Below, piece after piece: positions 40,743 to 60,834 of a stretch of 64,000 nt of DNA (positions are counted from its first letter, which is position 1; each line of letters starts with the position of its first letter). The notes under the pieces were generated by a model that saw only the letters and a program-made list of their open reading frames with translations, did no database searches and was not told the DNA's origin. The DNA comes from Macrostomum lignano (lineage: Eukaryota). Made by a program: the position numbers and the translations under genes. The stretch lies in assembly GCA_002269645.1 (NCBI GenBank), contig NIVC01003764.1, positions 14,001 through 78,000 on the forward strand, written 5' to 3'.

Positions 40743-41541
40743 GCTTATACCCTTAACCTTGTCGAGTTGGTTAAGTGTCACTATTCTGTGTTTTTACTGC
40801 ATGCCCAGAGTTGCAATCAACTTCAGTCACCAGCAGAATTTCGGTTGAAGGAGAAATTCAATGCGAGCCTAAAACAGTTCACAAACCACAAACACACTTC
40901 GTGGATGTTAAAAAAGTCATAAATAAATTTGTTTTATGATTCTGCTATTATATAGGTTAGGTTGTATGTTTCTAAAGAGATAAACTCAGGGTCTACAACT
41001 GTTCAGTTGGTTTTTTAGAACAACATTTTTACGCAGCGTCCGCACGCTACAGTGGCGGTCACTGCCGCTGACTTGACAGGCAGAGAGCACAAAGACTCGC
41101 AGGTCCAGCCCAGATCCTTTCTCGGGAAATCCTGAAGCTTTGCCAGACGAAAGAGTGAATAAAGCAAGCAGCAAGAAGGAGAAGCAGTCTCTCTCTCTCG
41201 CGTGATGTGGGAAGACGAGAGCAGAGAGCGGAACCAATGCGCTCAGCTTCCTTCCTCCGCATTGGCTAGCCCTGCTCCCGACTCTGCCCTGATCCCCACC
41301 CACCTCACGTTTTTCAATTCCCTAGCTAAGATGAGGAAATATTTCACACCTCAACCATCCCGTTCTCATTTTATAGAGACTTTACTTGCATTTGGTGAGG
41401 GCTGCACACTCGACCAGTCAGTCAGGCAGAGCCATTGGCACATCAAAGTCAAAGCAACTTCCTGAGCAGCTCTCGTTTATTCTCTAGCAAAAGCTGTGTC
41501 TTCTTAATACTGTAGCTGTCATATAACTGCTTAACCTGCGA

Positions 41542-44500
41542 ATGCAGACTCTGAAACAGGAGGAATATTATAGGGCCTGCGCTCTGACTGCCTCTGGCGG
41601 CGGGCATGGACACGAAATTGGCGGTGAGTTGCCTGCAGTCTCCCTGCATTCTCCCTGCATTCTCCCTGCATTCTCCCTGCATTCTCCTTGCAATCTCCCT
41701 ACATTCTCCCTGCATTCTCCTGCATTCTCCCTGCATTCTCCCTGCATTCTCCCTGCATTTTCCCTGCATTCTCCCTGCATTCTCCCTGCATCCCCGTGTT
41801 AATCCATCAAGCTAAAACTCTTACTAATCCACAAGCAAATCATGCACAAACTCTGCAGAGTCTCCTTCAGCTCCCTACCCAAAGTGCAGCTGGCAGCGGC
41901 AGTTGAACAATGGCAACCCGCACTCCACAGCAGCGCCTTCAGCGGGTGAGCTTTTAATTTAGCAACTTCTCAAACTTAATTTATAGACTGAAAATATCAA
42001 AATCAGTGCATGAGGCAACTAACTCTGGTTACACTGTGTAACCTGACACCACGGTATGGTCTGCTATGAGCAGATGATTGGAAATTTTTAGTGGACCTGC
42101 CATGTCACTTATAGCAGAATTGATGCTGCGGACGAGTCCGGGGGCGGGCAGGGCAGACAGACAGGCCAGTTTCCTGCCCGCCATCATTTCCGCACGAACG
42201 CTGTGTATGCAAGCGTCAGTTGAGACATAATTATTGAGCTTTGATTACTGCGGACATGACAGCTCAGGCCCCGTTGGCCTCTTCTTCCTTGGAGGAGGCT
42301 TGAAGTGACCGCTAGATAATGATAGCAGCATCCATGTTGCAGATGCGGAGACAAGTGAAATCGATACACCCCCCAAGTTTGCATTATCCAAAACTTATAA
42401 TTAACACTTTGCAGTGTGTATTAATAGTCATGGTGGCTGATTTCAATAGGACCTAAATTTAAAATCACTTAAAAGATGTTTTATCATTTTATATTTAGGT
42501 CTTGTGAAGTTTAGGTCTTGTGAAGTTTAGGTCTTGTAAATTTTAGGTCTTGTGAAGCTTAGGTCTTGTGAAGTTTAGGTCTTGTGAAGCTAGTTTAGAT
42601 CTTGCGAAGTTTAGATCTTGTGAAGTTTAGGTCTTGTGGTTTCGGTCTTGTGAAGTTTAGGTCTTGTGAAGCTTAGGTCTTGCGAAGTTTAGGTCTTGTG
42701 AAGCTTAGGTCTTGTGAAGCTTAGGTCTTGTGAAGCTTAGGTCTTGTGAAGCTTAGGTCTTGTGAAGCTAGTTTAGATCTTGCGAAGTTTAGGTCTTGCT
42801 AAGTTTAGGTCTTGCTAAGTTTAGGTCTTGTGAAGTTTCGGTCTTGTGAAGTTTCGGTCTTGTGAAGCTTCGGTCTTGAGAAGTTTCGGTCTTGTGAAGT
42901 TTCGGTCTTGTGAAGTTTCGGTCTTGTGAAGTTTCGGTCTTGTGAAGTTTCGGTCTTGTGAAGTTTAGGTCTTGTGAAGTTTAGGTCTTGTGAAGCTTAG
43001 GTCTTGTGAAGTTTATGTCTTGAGAAGTTTAGGTCTTGCTAAGTTTAGGTCTTGTGAAGTTTAGGTCTTGTGAAGTTTAGGTCTTGTGAAGTTTAGGTCT
43101 TGTGAAGTTTAGGCGCTGGGCTGATGCTTTTAGGTGATTTGCTGAATTTTATGTTTTATGAATCCCGGCAAATTTCAGTCTTTTATGAGTCTTATTCAAA
43201 ACATCGCTTTCATTTGTCACGACCTTCCTCTTTGCCGCAGGCTATGGAAGTGTCCAGCAGCCCTCACTGGGCCACCTGTACGAGGATTCCGCACTGCAGA
43301 AGGATCTGGGACCTCAGCGTCAGCCTCATCATCAGCAGCAGCAGCAACACCCACCGCAGCAGCAGCAGCAACAGCAGCAACATCAGCATCAGCAGCAGCA
43401 GCAGCAGCACATCTCGCAGCCGTTCCACCAATCTCACTGGAGACCGCAAGGTAAATCTCAATTTCAAAGAAAAAATCCCCAATCTAAAAAATCTGAGTTT
43501 TTTTATCCTACTCATTTTTCCAAAGCTCAGTTTTGATTTATTGTGTCACGGAAGTTTACGATCCTACCATATTTGATTTAAAAAAACATGGCATGCTCAC
43601 GTAGAGCGAAATGACAGCTCGTGGAATTATGAGGCCACGTGCGCGCTGAGCTCGCCCAGCTCACTGAGAGGGGATGCTGGGTGACGCCAGCCTCCCATGC
43701 AGGCACTCCCCCACGCGTCAAACAAGCCTTGGATACAAAACGTAGGAAGCTGGGAAATGATCTAACTGTGAACACGATGTCTGTTTGATCGCGTTTCTTT
43801 AGAAACAAAATCAAGTTACCAATGCGTCGAATATAGAAACTGATGGCTGCTCATTCGTCACGCAGTTCTTGTCACATTTCTTCTGTTAGTTAGATATTTA
43901 TGGCCCATTGTGACATTCCAAAAATCAGAAACATTTAGCATAACATTTCTTCACACTGTCCCTATAGCAATGGTCTTCCAAAACCGCCCTCAGCACAGCG
44001 CCCATAGAACAGCGCCCATAGAACTGCGCCCATAGAACAGCGCCCATAGAACAGCGCCCATAGAACAGCGCCACCAGAAAAGCGCCCATAGAACAGCGCC
44101 CATAGAACAGCGCCCATAGAAAAGCGCCCATAGAACAGCGCCACCAGAAAAGCGCCTATAGAACAGCGCCCATAGAACAGCGCCCATAGAACAGCGCCAC
44201 CAGAAAAGCGCCCGTAGAAAAGCGCCCACAGAACAGCGCGCATAGAACACCGCCACAAGAAAAGCGCCCATAGAGCATGCAGCGCCCACAGAACAGCACC
44301 CATACAGCAGCGCCCATAGAACAGCGCCCATAGAACAGCGCCCATAGAACTGCGCCCATAGAACAGCACCCATACAGCAGCGCCCATAGAACAGCGCCCA
44401 TAGAACTGCGCCCATAGAACAGCGCCACCAGAAAAGCGCCCATAGAAAAGCGCCCATAGAACAGCGCCCATAGAACTGCGCCCATAGAACAGCACCCATA

Positions 44501-47500
44501 CAGCAGCGCCCATAGAACAGCGCCCATAGAACTGCGCCCATAGAACAGCGCCACCAGAAAAGCACCCATAGAACAGCGCCCATAGAACAGCGCCCATAGA
44601 ACGGCGCCCATAGAACGGCGCCCATAGAACAGCGCCCATAGAACAGCGCACATAGAACAGCGCCCATAGAATAGCGCCCATAGAACAGCGCCCCTAGAAC
44701 AGCGCCCATAGAACAGCGCCCATAGAACAGCGCCCCTAGAACAGCGCACATAGAACAGCGCCCATAGAATAGCGCCACCAGAAAAGCGCCCATAGAACAG
44801 CGCCACCAGAAAAGCGCCCATAAAAAGCGCCCATAGAACAGCGCCCATAGAGCAGCGCCCATAGAACAGCGCCCATAGAACAGCGCCCATAGAACAGCGC
44901 CCATAGAACAGCGCCCATAGAAAAGCGCCCACAGAACAGCGCCCATAGAACAGCGCCCATAGAACAGCGCCACAAGAACAGCGCCCATTGAGCATGCAGC
45001 GTCCATATAACAGCACCCATAGAGCAGCGCCCATACCGGTAGAACAGCGTCCATATAACAGCGCCCGAGCATAGCGCCCATAGAACAGCGCCACCAGAAA
45101 AGCGCCCATAGAACAGCGCCACCAGAAAAGCGCCCATAGAACAGCGCCCATAGAACTGCGCCCATAGAACAGCGCCCATAGAACAGCGCCCATAGAACAG
45201 CGCCACCAGAAAAGCGCCCGTAGAAAAGCGCCCACAGAACAGCGCGCATAGAACACCGCCACAAGAAAAGCGCCCATAGAGCATGCAGCGCCCACAGAAC
45301 AGCACCCATACAGCAGCGCCCATAGAACAGCGCCCATAGAACAGCGCCCATAGAACTGCGCCCATAGAACAGCACCCATACAGCAGCGCCCATAGAGCAG
45401 CGCCCATAGAACAGCGCCCATAGAACAGCGCCCATAGAACAGCGCCCATAGAAAAGCGCCACCAGAAAAGCGCCCATAGAACAGCGCCACCAGAAAAGCG
45501 CCCATAGAAAAGCGCCCATAGAACAGCGCCCATAGAGCAGCGCCCATAGAACAGCGCCCATAGAACAGCGCCCATAGAACAGCGCCCATAGAACAGCGCC
45601 CATAGAAAAGCGCCCACAGAACAGCGCCCATAGAACAGCGCCCATAGAACAGCGCCCATAGAACAGCGCCCATAGAAAAGCGCCCACAGAACAGCGCCCA
45701 TAGAACAGCGCCCATAGAACAGCGTCACAAGAACAGCGCCCATTGAGCATGCAGCGTCCATATAACAGCACCCATAGAGCAGCGCCCATACCGGTAGAAC
45801 AGCGTCCATATAACAGCGCCCGAGCATAGCGCCCATAGAACAGCGCCACCAGAAAAGCACCCATAGAACAGCGCCCATAGAACAGCGCCCATAGAACGGC
45901 TCCCATAGAACGGCGCCCATAGAACAGCGCCCATAGAACAGCGCACATAGAACAGCGCCCATAGAATAGCGCCCATAGAACAGCGCCCACAGAACAGCGC
46001 CCATAGAACAGCGCCCATAGAAAAGCGCCCATAGAACAGCGCCCATAGAACAGCGCCCATAGAACAGCGCCCATAGAACAGCGCCCATAGAACATCACCA
46101 ACCGCACAGCGCCCAGTTTAACGACTCCATCTCTCTATTTTAGAAAATTCCCAACATAAAACAATCCATTAAGTACCAGCAGAATATGAGTGATTTGCTC
46201 ATTATTACTGTGAGGGAGCATGGAAAGGACCTGGGCCATTGCACCACCATGCCACCATTTTCCTGAACATTTTTTTGGCCTCCGCGGGTGGTCCGTCAGG
46301 GATTCATGCCCTGGAGTTCCAGTTAGAGAACAGCATCAGCAGGCAAGTGCATGCCTGGTGTGACAACAAAGCGTGGGATGTCGCGGTGCCCCACTGAGAG
46401 CTCGGAGTCGGCAGATAAGGGCGACCCATTGTTGCGATGCGGTAACCCGCTGCTTCGAGTGCCGCATAGCGGTGAGAAAAGTTTTAACAGAGGCTCTCAA
46501 CTTACCAAAGCAGCGGGGGCCGGAGGAAAAGGAGCAGTTAAATTTGGCTCATCAATTCGTCAGCAAAGTTTTTTGTCCAGGTTAGATAGGGGCTGTAGGG
46601 TCACCTGCTCATATTTATAATTGGCTAGTGGGTGTGGCAAGTGGTAATTATTACTATCGTATCAAGATTGAAAAATGACACCCCGAAAACATCTCTCATG
46701 CAGCCCGCATTGCTTGGAGCGTTTTAGGACCATATTGGGATGTGCGTTTATATTTTGAATTGAGAAAAATCAAGGAACGTACAATGTTCTTTATTGTACC
46801 TTGAGTGCATTCTGCAGCTGAGGGTACAGTTTGGGAATGAGGCTGTGGATCTAAAATGGCATCTATATCTATCCAAAAAGCGCAAGTAAAAGAATTCCGC
46901 GGTCGCCCACATCAAAATCCATCTTCAAATGCTCGCTTTTGGTTTGAATTCGAACTCATTCACAACTAGCTGTTCCTAACGCACCGTCACCCCAGCAGGC
47001 TCTGGCCAAATCCAGCTCTGGCAGTTTCTACTGGAGCTGCTCTCCGACAACCGCAACTCCGCCTGCATCGCCTGGGAGGGCACCAACGGCGAATTCAAGC
47101 TCGCCGACCCAGACGAGGTGGCCCGTCGATGGGGCGAGCGCAAGTCCAAGCCCAACATGAACTACGACAAGCTGAGCCGGGCGCTGCGCTACTACTACGA
47201 CAAGAACATCATGTCGAAGGTGCACGGCAAGCGCTACGCTTACAAGTTTGACTTTGCCGGCCTCGCTCAGGCGATGCAGCCGCCTCAAGCTGCCGACCCG
47301 TCCACGGCCGCCGCCGCCTACAAGTACCAGCAGCAGTACCAGCAGGAACTGCTGGTCGGCTCCGCCGGCTATTTTGCCGCCGCAGCCGCGACCAACGGCA
47401 AGCTGAACAACTTCTGCGGCATGATGGGCGGTGCTGCCGGATTCTTCCCTGGCAACAGCGTTGGTGGCTACTCCTCCTGGGCCGCCGCCGCCGGCAATCA

Positions 47501-47579
47501 GTCGGCTGCCGCCGCCGCCGCCGCATCGCTGTACCACCCGAACATCTCCGGCTACCCAGGCGCGCAATACTATGCCTAG
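41542..47579 (+). CDS. FEV: ETS transcription factor of the ERG/FLI1/FEV subfamily, most like FEV/Pet-1 (no PNT domain seen)
   Basis: Exons are 41542-41623, 41859-41945, 43241-43450 (poly-Q) and 46999-47579, with all introns phase 1. The ETS domain reads [15 protein letters not shown]...[84 protein letters not shown] and the Ala-rich tail are FEV-like. The ETS exon is certain; the first two exons are less so. Confidence 0.85.
41632..41791. repeat. 11-bp minisatellite (TTCTCCCTGCA) in ETS intron 1
   Basis: About 14 copies starting about 10 nt after the donor. Confidence 0.9.
42494..43113. repeat. 16-bp minisatellite (AAGTTTAGGTCTTGTG) in ETS intron 2
   Basis: About 38 copies. Confidence 0.95.
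43996..46093. repeat. 14-bp minisatellite (CAGCGCCCATAGAA), about 2.1 kb, in ETS intron 3
   Basis: About 150 units with internal block duplications; explains the [14 protein letters not shown] ORFs. Confidence 0.97.
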
Positions 47580-47879
47580 GACAGTGAAATGTTTGAATCA
47601 CAAAACCCCGGAGTAAAAATCCTCTTTAGCAGTCTGGTTCAGAGACTTACAGCAGCACATAAGCAAGTTTCTGGGTCATTTTTTACCATTTCAATACCAT
47701 GAACCAAAATAGGTCACTCTCCAATAGAATAGAATAAAATAGAATAGAATAGAAATAGAATCTCTATCAGTCTATCCGCAAAGTTATCAATTGGCACTTC
47801 TCTCTACAGAACTTTAAAGACACTCTTAAATCGTTACATTTTCCAACAGAGGTCCTGTCTGTTTACAAAAAATAGTTCG

Positions 47880-47984
47880 ACCAAACTACGAACATTGAGC
47901 GGGCCGGATTGCTAGTGTGAAGTTTTAAAGGACCCCGAGGGCCGGATAGAGAGGCTTCGTGGTCGGGAGTTTGCCGAACCCCTG
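47880..47984 (-). mobile_element. hAT-like terminal fragment
   Basis: The minus strand begins CAGGGGTTCGGCAAACTCCC...AAGCCTCTCTATCCGGCCCTCGGGGTCCTTTAAAACTTCAC; the TIR is nearly identical to the 30333 MITE. Confidence 0.7.
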
Positions 47985-49681
47985 GTTGCTTCAATTGAGT
48001 TGCTACTCCATGTCGAGGGTCTGCCTGGTGTAGAACAGCAGCTGGGCTTTGTTGGCAAGCAAAAATTTTTGTTCCCTTTTGCGTTTTTACTGAATTTCCT
48101 TATGTTTTGAATTCGAGTTTCTGAATTTGCTTTTTCGTGTCTCGTAGGACTATTTTTGGCAACAATATCCCATTTATAGCCTCGGTTCACATCATGCTGA
48201 TTAATTTCTCTGACTTCAAAAATTAATGTTAGTGATTTCGGGGCTTCGTCAGTGACTTGGTCTTCGGAAGTGTGACCTCTGCCTCTCTTTCTGCTTCTTC
48301 CGTCTATTGTGTTTTTTTACTAAGAACCAAACGGTGTCCCCGTGAGAGACCCATGATTAAAACAATTTTTGTTGACAATAACCTACCTGCTCACCAAGAG
48401 TCCAATGCTCACTTGTTTAGCCTGGCTTTAAATACTCGGTTTTGTCACCTACGGATTGAAATTTGTAGCTTGTTCTGTAAATAAAATTGCTCAGTTTTCA
48501 AGTTTGCAATTAAAAAAATTGACTCCAAGCATTCTTCTTCTGTTCGGTTGGCTCAGTGCCAAGTCAACAGGCTCTAAGAAGGGCAGCATGTCGAAAAGGA
48601 TTTTCGCCTACAAGAGACGACACGTGCGAAAATACCCATTGAAAATTAGTCAGTCTGGAAATCTTTTATATAGCTGTAAAAAATTAGAAACTGAATTAAA
48701 GAGATTTTTTGTTAATGTGAAGTGATTGTTGGTTAGCAATTTATAAGGGGGCACTTAATGCTGCGGAGACGTTGTCATGGTCTTTGCAGTAAAAAAGATC
48801 TTGGAGTGATTGCCTTATCGGGATCAGGGACGTTTAAGCTACGAGTTAGAAGCCTGGATTGGGAATTTTGTTTTAAGAGGGCCGTTCTTGCCGTAACATT
48901 TCAAATTTTCGCTTGTTGACAGAAGTTGCTGTTAACGACATCGAGAGCTGGAAAGTGGAAAGCATGCAACGAAAAATATCATTTTTGGAGTGCAGTGTAT
49001 GAAATGTTTGAATTTTTTGTAGAAAACTTTCTGGATACTTCAGATTGATAGAAATTAGGTAATTATTAAATAAAATATGCAAAGATAAGTATTAATAAAA
49101 TCGAGAAATTTAACCACGATTCTCTTGCTGCCAGTCCAGATTCTATCTTCAGAACTCCCTGGTTGAATCAAAGCTAACTTGCGTTGCCTTCTTCCCCCAA
49201 GAACACGCGGTTCCCTACGATGTGGCACTCCCACTCCTCCCCTCATCCTCTCTCCTCGCTGTGCTCGCACAGGTAAATAGAGGTTGTGAGGCATTAAAAT
49301 TGTGTAATTAGCTTCCTCAGTCCTTGACGAGATCCATTACTGCACCTAGCTCTGGGGAGCAAATGTCGAGCCCTTGAGGCCTTCTCTTTCTTTCCTTCCT
49401 CCTTTCTTCATGTGATGACTATGTTAGATTATTATTAAGGCATACGGTATAAAGACAGACTCAGGCCAGAGCAGGACATCGCGCTTGTATCAGGCAGCCA
49501 TGCGCAGGCTTTAATGAGAGAGTCAGAAATGATTGGACCGGCACCCGTATTTGACCGTGATTTTGGATAGCATAATTATGAGACTTTTAATTTGAGGAAG
49601 AGCATGGTTATGGTGGATGAAATAAATGAAATTTGGGCTCTTGATGATTCATTTTTGATGACATTCTATAAGAGGAGTGAA

Positions 49682-51845
49682 TCTCCGTATTTAGATTCCT
49701 GTGGATGGGCGATTCTCTCCTTATTTAGATTCTTGCAGATGGGCGATTCTCTCCTTATTTAGATTCTTGCAGATGGGCGATTCTCCGTATTTAGATTCTT
49801 GCAGATGGGCGATTCTCTCCTTATCTAGATTCCTGCAGATGGGCGATTCTCTCCTTATTTAGATTCCTACAGATGAGCGATTCTCTCCGTATTTAGATTC
49901 TTGCAGATGGGCGATTCTCTCCTTATTTAGATTCCTGCAGATGGGCGATTCTCTCCGTATTTAGATTCTTGCAGATGGGCGATTCTCTCCGTATTTAGAT
50001 TCCTGCAGATGGGCGATTCTCTCCTTATTTAGATTCTTGCAGATGGGCGATTCTCCGTATTTAGATTCTTGCAGATGGGCGATTCTCTCCTTATTTAGAT
50101 TCCTGCAGATGGGCGATTCTCCGTATTTAGATTCCTGCAGATGGGCGATTCTCCGTATTTAGATTCCTGTGGATGGGCGATTCTCTCCTTATTTAGATTC
50201 CTGCAGATGGGCGATTCTCTCCTTATTTAGATTCTTGCAGATGGGCGATTCTCTCCTTATTTAGATTCTTGCAGATGGGCGATTCTCCGTATTTAGATTC
50301 TTGCAGATGAGCGATTCTCTCCGTATTTAGATTCCTGCAGATGGGCGATTCTCTCCTTATTTAGATTCTTGCAGATGGGCGATTCTCTCCTTATTTAGAT
50401 TCTTGCAGATGGGCGATTCTCTCCTTATTTAGATTCCTGCAGATGGGCGATTCTCTCCTTATTTAGATTCCTACAGATGAGCGATTCTCTCCTTATTTAG
50501 ATTCCTGCAGATGGGCGATTCTCCGTATTTAGATTCTTGCAGATGGGCGATTCTCTCCTTATTTAGATTCTTGCAGATGGGCGATTCTCTCCGTATTTAG
50601 ATTCTTGCAGATGAGCGATTCTCCGTATTTAGATTCTTGCAGATGGGCGATTCTCTCCTTATTTAGATTCTTGCAGATGGGCGATTCTCCGTATTTAGAT
50701 TCTTGCAGATGAGCGATTCTCTCCGTATTTAGATTCTTGCAGATGGGCGATTCTCTCCTTATTTAGATTCTTGCAGATGGGCGATTCTCTCCTTATTTAG
50801 ATTCTTGCAGATGGGCGATTCTCCGTATTTAGATTCTTGCAGATGGGCGATTCTCTCCTTATTTAGATTCTTGCAGATGGGCGATTCTCCGTATTTAGAT
50901 TTCTGCAGATGGGCGATTCTCCGTATTTAGATTCTTGCAGATGGGCGATTCTCCGTATTTAGATTCTTGCAGATGAGCGATTCTCCGTATTTAGATTCTG
51001 CAGATGGGCGATTCTCCGTATTTAGATTCCTGCAGATGGGCGATTCTCCGTATTTAGATTCTTGCAGATGGGCGATTCTCTCCGTATTTAGATTCCTGCA
51101 GATGGGCGATTCTCTCCTTATTTAGATTCTTGCAGATGGGCGATTCTCTCCTTATTTAGATTCTTGCAGATGGGCGATTCTCCGTATTTAGATTCTGCAG
51201 ATGGGCGATTCTCCGTATTTAGATTCTTGCAGATGGGCGATTCTCCGTATTTAGATTCTTGCAGATGAGCGATTCTCCGTATTTAGATTCTTGCAGATGG
51301 GCGATTCTCCGTATTTAGATTCCTGCAGATGGGCGATTCTCCGTATTTAGATTCTTGCAGATGGGCGATTCTCTCCGTATTTAGATTCTTGCAGATGGGC
51401 GATTCTCTCCGTATTTAGATTCTTGCAGATGAGCGATTCTCTCCGTATTTAGATTCTTGCAGATGGGCGATTCTCTCCTTATTTAGATTCTTGCAGATGG
51501 GCGATTCTCCGTATTTAGATTCTTGCAGATGGGCGATTCTCTCCGTATTTAGATTCCTGCAGATGGGCGATTCTCTCCGTATTTAGATTCTTGCAGATGG
51601 GCGATTCTCTCCGTATTTAGATTCCTGCAGATGGGCGATTCTCTCCGTATTTAGATTCTTGCAGATGGGCGATTCTCTCCGTATTTAGATTCCTGCAGAT
51701 GGGCGATTCTCTCCTTATTTAGATTCCTGCAGATGGGCGATTCTCTCCGTATTTAGATTCTTGCAGATGAGCGATTCTCTCCGTATTTAGATTCTTGCAG
51801 ATGGGCGATTCTCTCCGTATTTAGATTCCTGCAGATGGGCGATTT
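49682..51845. repeat. 32/34-bp minisatellite (ATTTAGATTCTTGCAGATGGGCGATTCTCTCCTT), about 2.2 kb
   Basis: About 65 head-to-tail units with binary variants (CTT/CCT, CTCT/CT, CTT/CGT); no unique spacers. Confidence 0.97.
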
Positions 51846-53020
51846 TCCAAACCAAGTTGGATTCCGTGAGCCGAAGGGCATTTGACAAGCCATGAAAGAG
51901 AAGCGTCACAATTATTTCAGAATTAAGATTGGTGATCAACGTTTAAAATAAAAAGAACGTCTTTCCGATCGTCCATTATTCATCAAGGTTGTTTATTGTT
52001 AACTGTCGAACGTTTCTGTTAATCCAATTGAACAATGACGCAACTGCTACGGATGGGGGTCTTTGATTTCCGAGTTCTTCATCAGTCGCGTGCAGCATTC
52101 ATTCAATGCGCCCACCGGCTCGGCCAACAAGGACCTTTAAAATCGCCGGATTGGAAGGCGAGTAGAGAAAATGGATTTTATTTTCCTCTTAGCAATAAAC
52201 AGATATATGGGAGTTCATTTTTTATTGAGTGCATTTCAGCAACAAGATATACGAATAGGTTCAAAACTTTTTCATGATTTTTGACTCCCTTGTGACACCC
52301 TGGATCCGTCACTGTGTACATATTATTTGAAGTAAAACGACCCCTGGTTCGATGTAAAATGATCAGCCTCCAGTCCAATCGTTTTTTTAATAATTCGTGG
52401 TCCATGGACACGGACTCGAATCATCAGAATCGGGCGCCGCCAGCAGCCACGTGACCTAGCAGGCGCCTTAATTTCCTGTGCCGGTCGATCGAGTTCTCAT
52501 TTGCCGCAATCAAACTGCTATGAACAGATAACCATTAACGCATGCCAAACTTCGGAAGCTTATCAAGAAATTCAAATAAACCGCAGGGTGCTTCGAACTG
52601 GCGATATTTTCATAATTGCCGGCCGAGAAATATTAGCTCGAATTACACACTCAAACCCACCCCCGTGTTGTCAGCATTAAGACAGCTGATGTCGTGCGGG
52701 GCCACCATGCAGTGTCTTTGGAGGAGTTTTGTTCTTGTCTAACATTTCCTTTGTTGCGGCTGAGTCATCGAGGTTAACAATATATTAATAATGAAAATAT
52801 TTGTAGGAGGTATTTGTAGCCTCCTTGGTTGGCACTCGTTCTCCGGAGGTAGCTTGATTATATCCTCGTTTCTGTGAGAAAATTGAATTTTATGGCATAT
52901 GAGCCAATGCGCTGTTTCATGTCTTTGCAAGCGTGCTTACTACACTACTTATTTAGCACCGATAGTAGAAAATTTTGGGAGTATCACAATTTTGCGACAA
53001 AAATAAGGAATTTTACATAA

Positions 53021-53606
53021 GTAGCTTAGGGTTGTCATGAATAGCTTAGAGTTGTCATGAGTAGCTTAGGGTTGTCATGAATAGCTTAGAGTTGTCATGA
53101 GTAGCTTAGGGTTGTCATGAGTAGCTTAGAGTTGTCATGAGTAGCTTAGGATTGTCATAGTAGCTTAGTGTTGTCATGAGTAGCTTAGAGCTGTTATGAG
53201 TAGCTTAGGGTTGTCATGAGTAGCTTAGGTTGTCATGAGTAGCTTAGGATTGTCATGAGTAGCTTAGGGTTGTCATGAGTAGCTTAGGGTTGTCATGAGT
53301 AGCTTAGGATTTTCATGAGTAGCTTAGGATTGTCATGAGTAGCTTAGGATTGTCATAGTAGCTTAGGGTTGTCATGAGTAGCTTAGTGTTGTCATGAGTA
53401 GCTTAGGGTTGTCATGAGTAGCTTAGGATTGTCATGAGTAGCTTAGGATTGTCATAGTAGCTTAGGGTTGTCATGAGTAGCTTAGTGTTGTCATGAGTAG
53501 CTTAGGGTTGTCATGAGTAGCTTAGGATTGTCATGAGTAGCTTAGGATTTTCATGAGTAGCTTAGAGTTGCCGTGAGTAGCTTGGAGTTGCCGTGAGTAG
53601 CTTAGC
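53021..53606. repeat. 20-bp minisatellite (AGCTTAGGGTTGTCATGAGT)
   Basis: About 29 copies; many contain TTAGGG. Confidence 0.95.
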
Positions 53607-54271
53607 TTATGGGCGCTTGTGAATACAAGCCAGGATTTTCTGTTTCTGGAGTTGCGTCCGTGACGAAATATTTTAGGGATAAGAAAGAGCAAGGCTCTCG
53701 ATATCGTATGAAGTATTTTCATTTTTTTCGGAAATGCCTGACTTAGGGGCTTTATATTGCGCTCTGTTAAGGTGCTGAAATGAGCGAAATTGGCTCTTGA
53801 GCACTCTCGAGTAATCGTTCTACCCGCATCGGATGCTTCAATCCTCTCCTGGGTCTCAGCTCCATTGTTATTCAACAGGGCCATCTTGCAGCCCTCAGGC
53901 CTCATTCGAACCTTTTTTGAAAATCCCCTCAATTCTGGGCTGGAACTCAGAGCGGTCTCGGTGACGGCCTGATGGGGGACTCCGCCGCTTTCCCAGCTGG
54001 CAAGGCAGGCAGGTGGGGCAATAGAACAAATTTCAGGCAATCGACTGGAGGCAGAGGGCTGACTACAATAGATCCTCACTCCTAAAGTATTCCCCCATAT
54101 AGTTTCTCTCTCTCTCTTCAGTATGCGCAATGTTTATTGGAGTATCCATGGCAACGAGGAGACAGCAATCTGCCGGAGAACCCAGTCCGGCAGCAGCAGA
54201 GAGCCCGACCGCCCCAGCCTCCCAAGCTAACATCTGTCATTGCTCTCGCCATCAGTTTGCGCGTACTCGCG

Positions 54272-54274
<3 letters not shown>

Positions 54275-54347
<73 letters not shown>
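54275..54347. repeat. (GA)n microsatellite upstream of the P4-ATPase
   Basis: About 36 GA units. Confidence 0.98.
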
Positions 54348-54350
<3 letters not shown>

Positions 54351-54682
54351 CCACCAGGAGGCCTGCCGGCACTGCCAGAAATGCAGGCCCGCTTGGCTAA
54401 AGGGGAGAGGCGGATCGCAGCGGGAGGGTAGAGAATGGGTAGCATAGACAGGCTTTGTTTCAGCCAGTCTCAGCCTCATCGCCCAAACCTCCATTCCCAA
54501 ACTCAAGCCGCGTCCGCACCAAACTCATTTAAGCCTGTTTCAGCGCGAACCCATCTATATGAAGGAATTTTCCCGACTCCCACACTACCGTAGCTTGCCG
54601 CACTCCCACACCACAGCCTCCCAGTAGTGCAACATCTGTCTTCAAGCGCAACAGAGTTACCCGGCGGAGTAGCTTAGCAACG

Positions 54683-60834
<6,152 letters not shown>

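Noticed and set aside
43962-46107. 705-aa hydrophobic Cys-rich ORF
   Set aside because: Antisense translation of the 14-bp array in the ETS intron.
49682-51845. CRISPR-like array (32-34-bp repeats)
   Set aside because: Units are head-to-tail with no unique spacers, there are no cas genes, and the context is eukaryotic.
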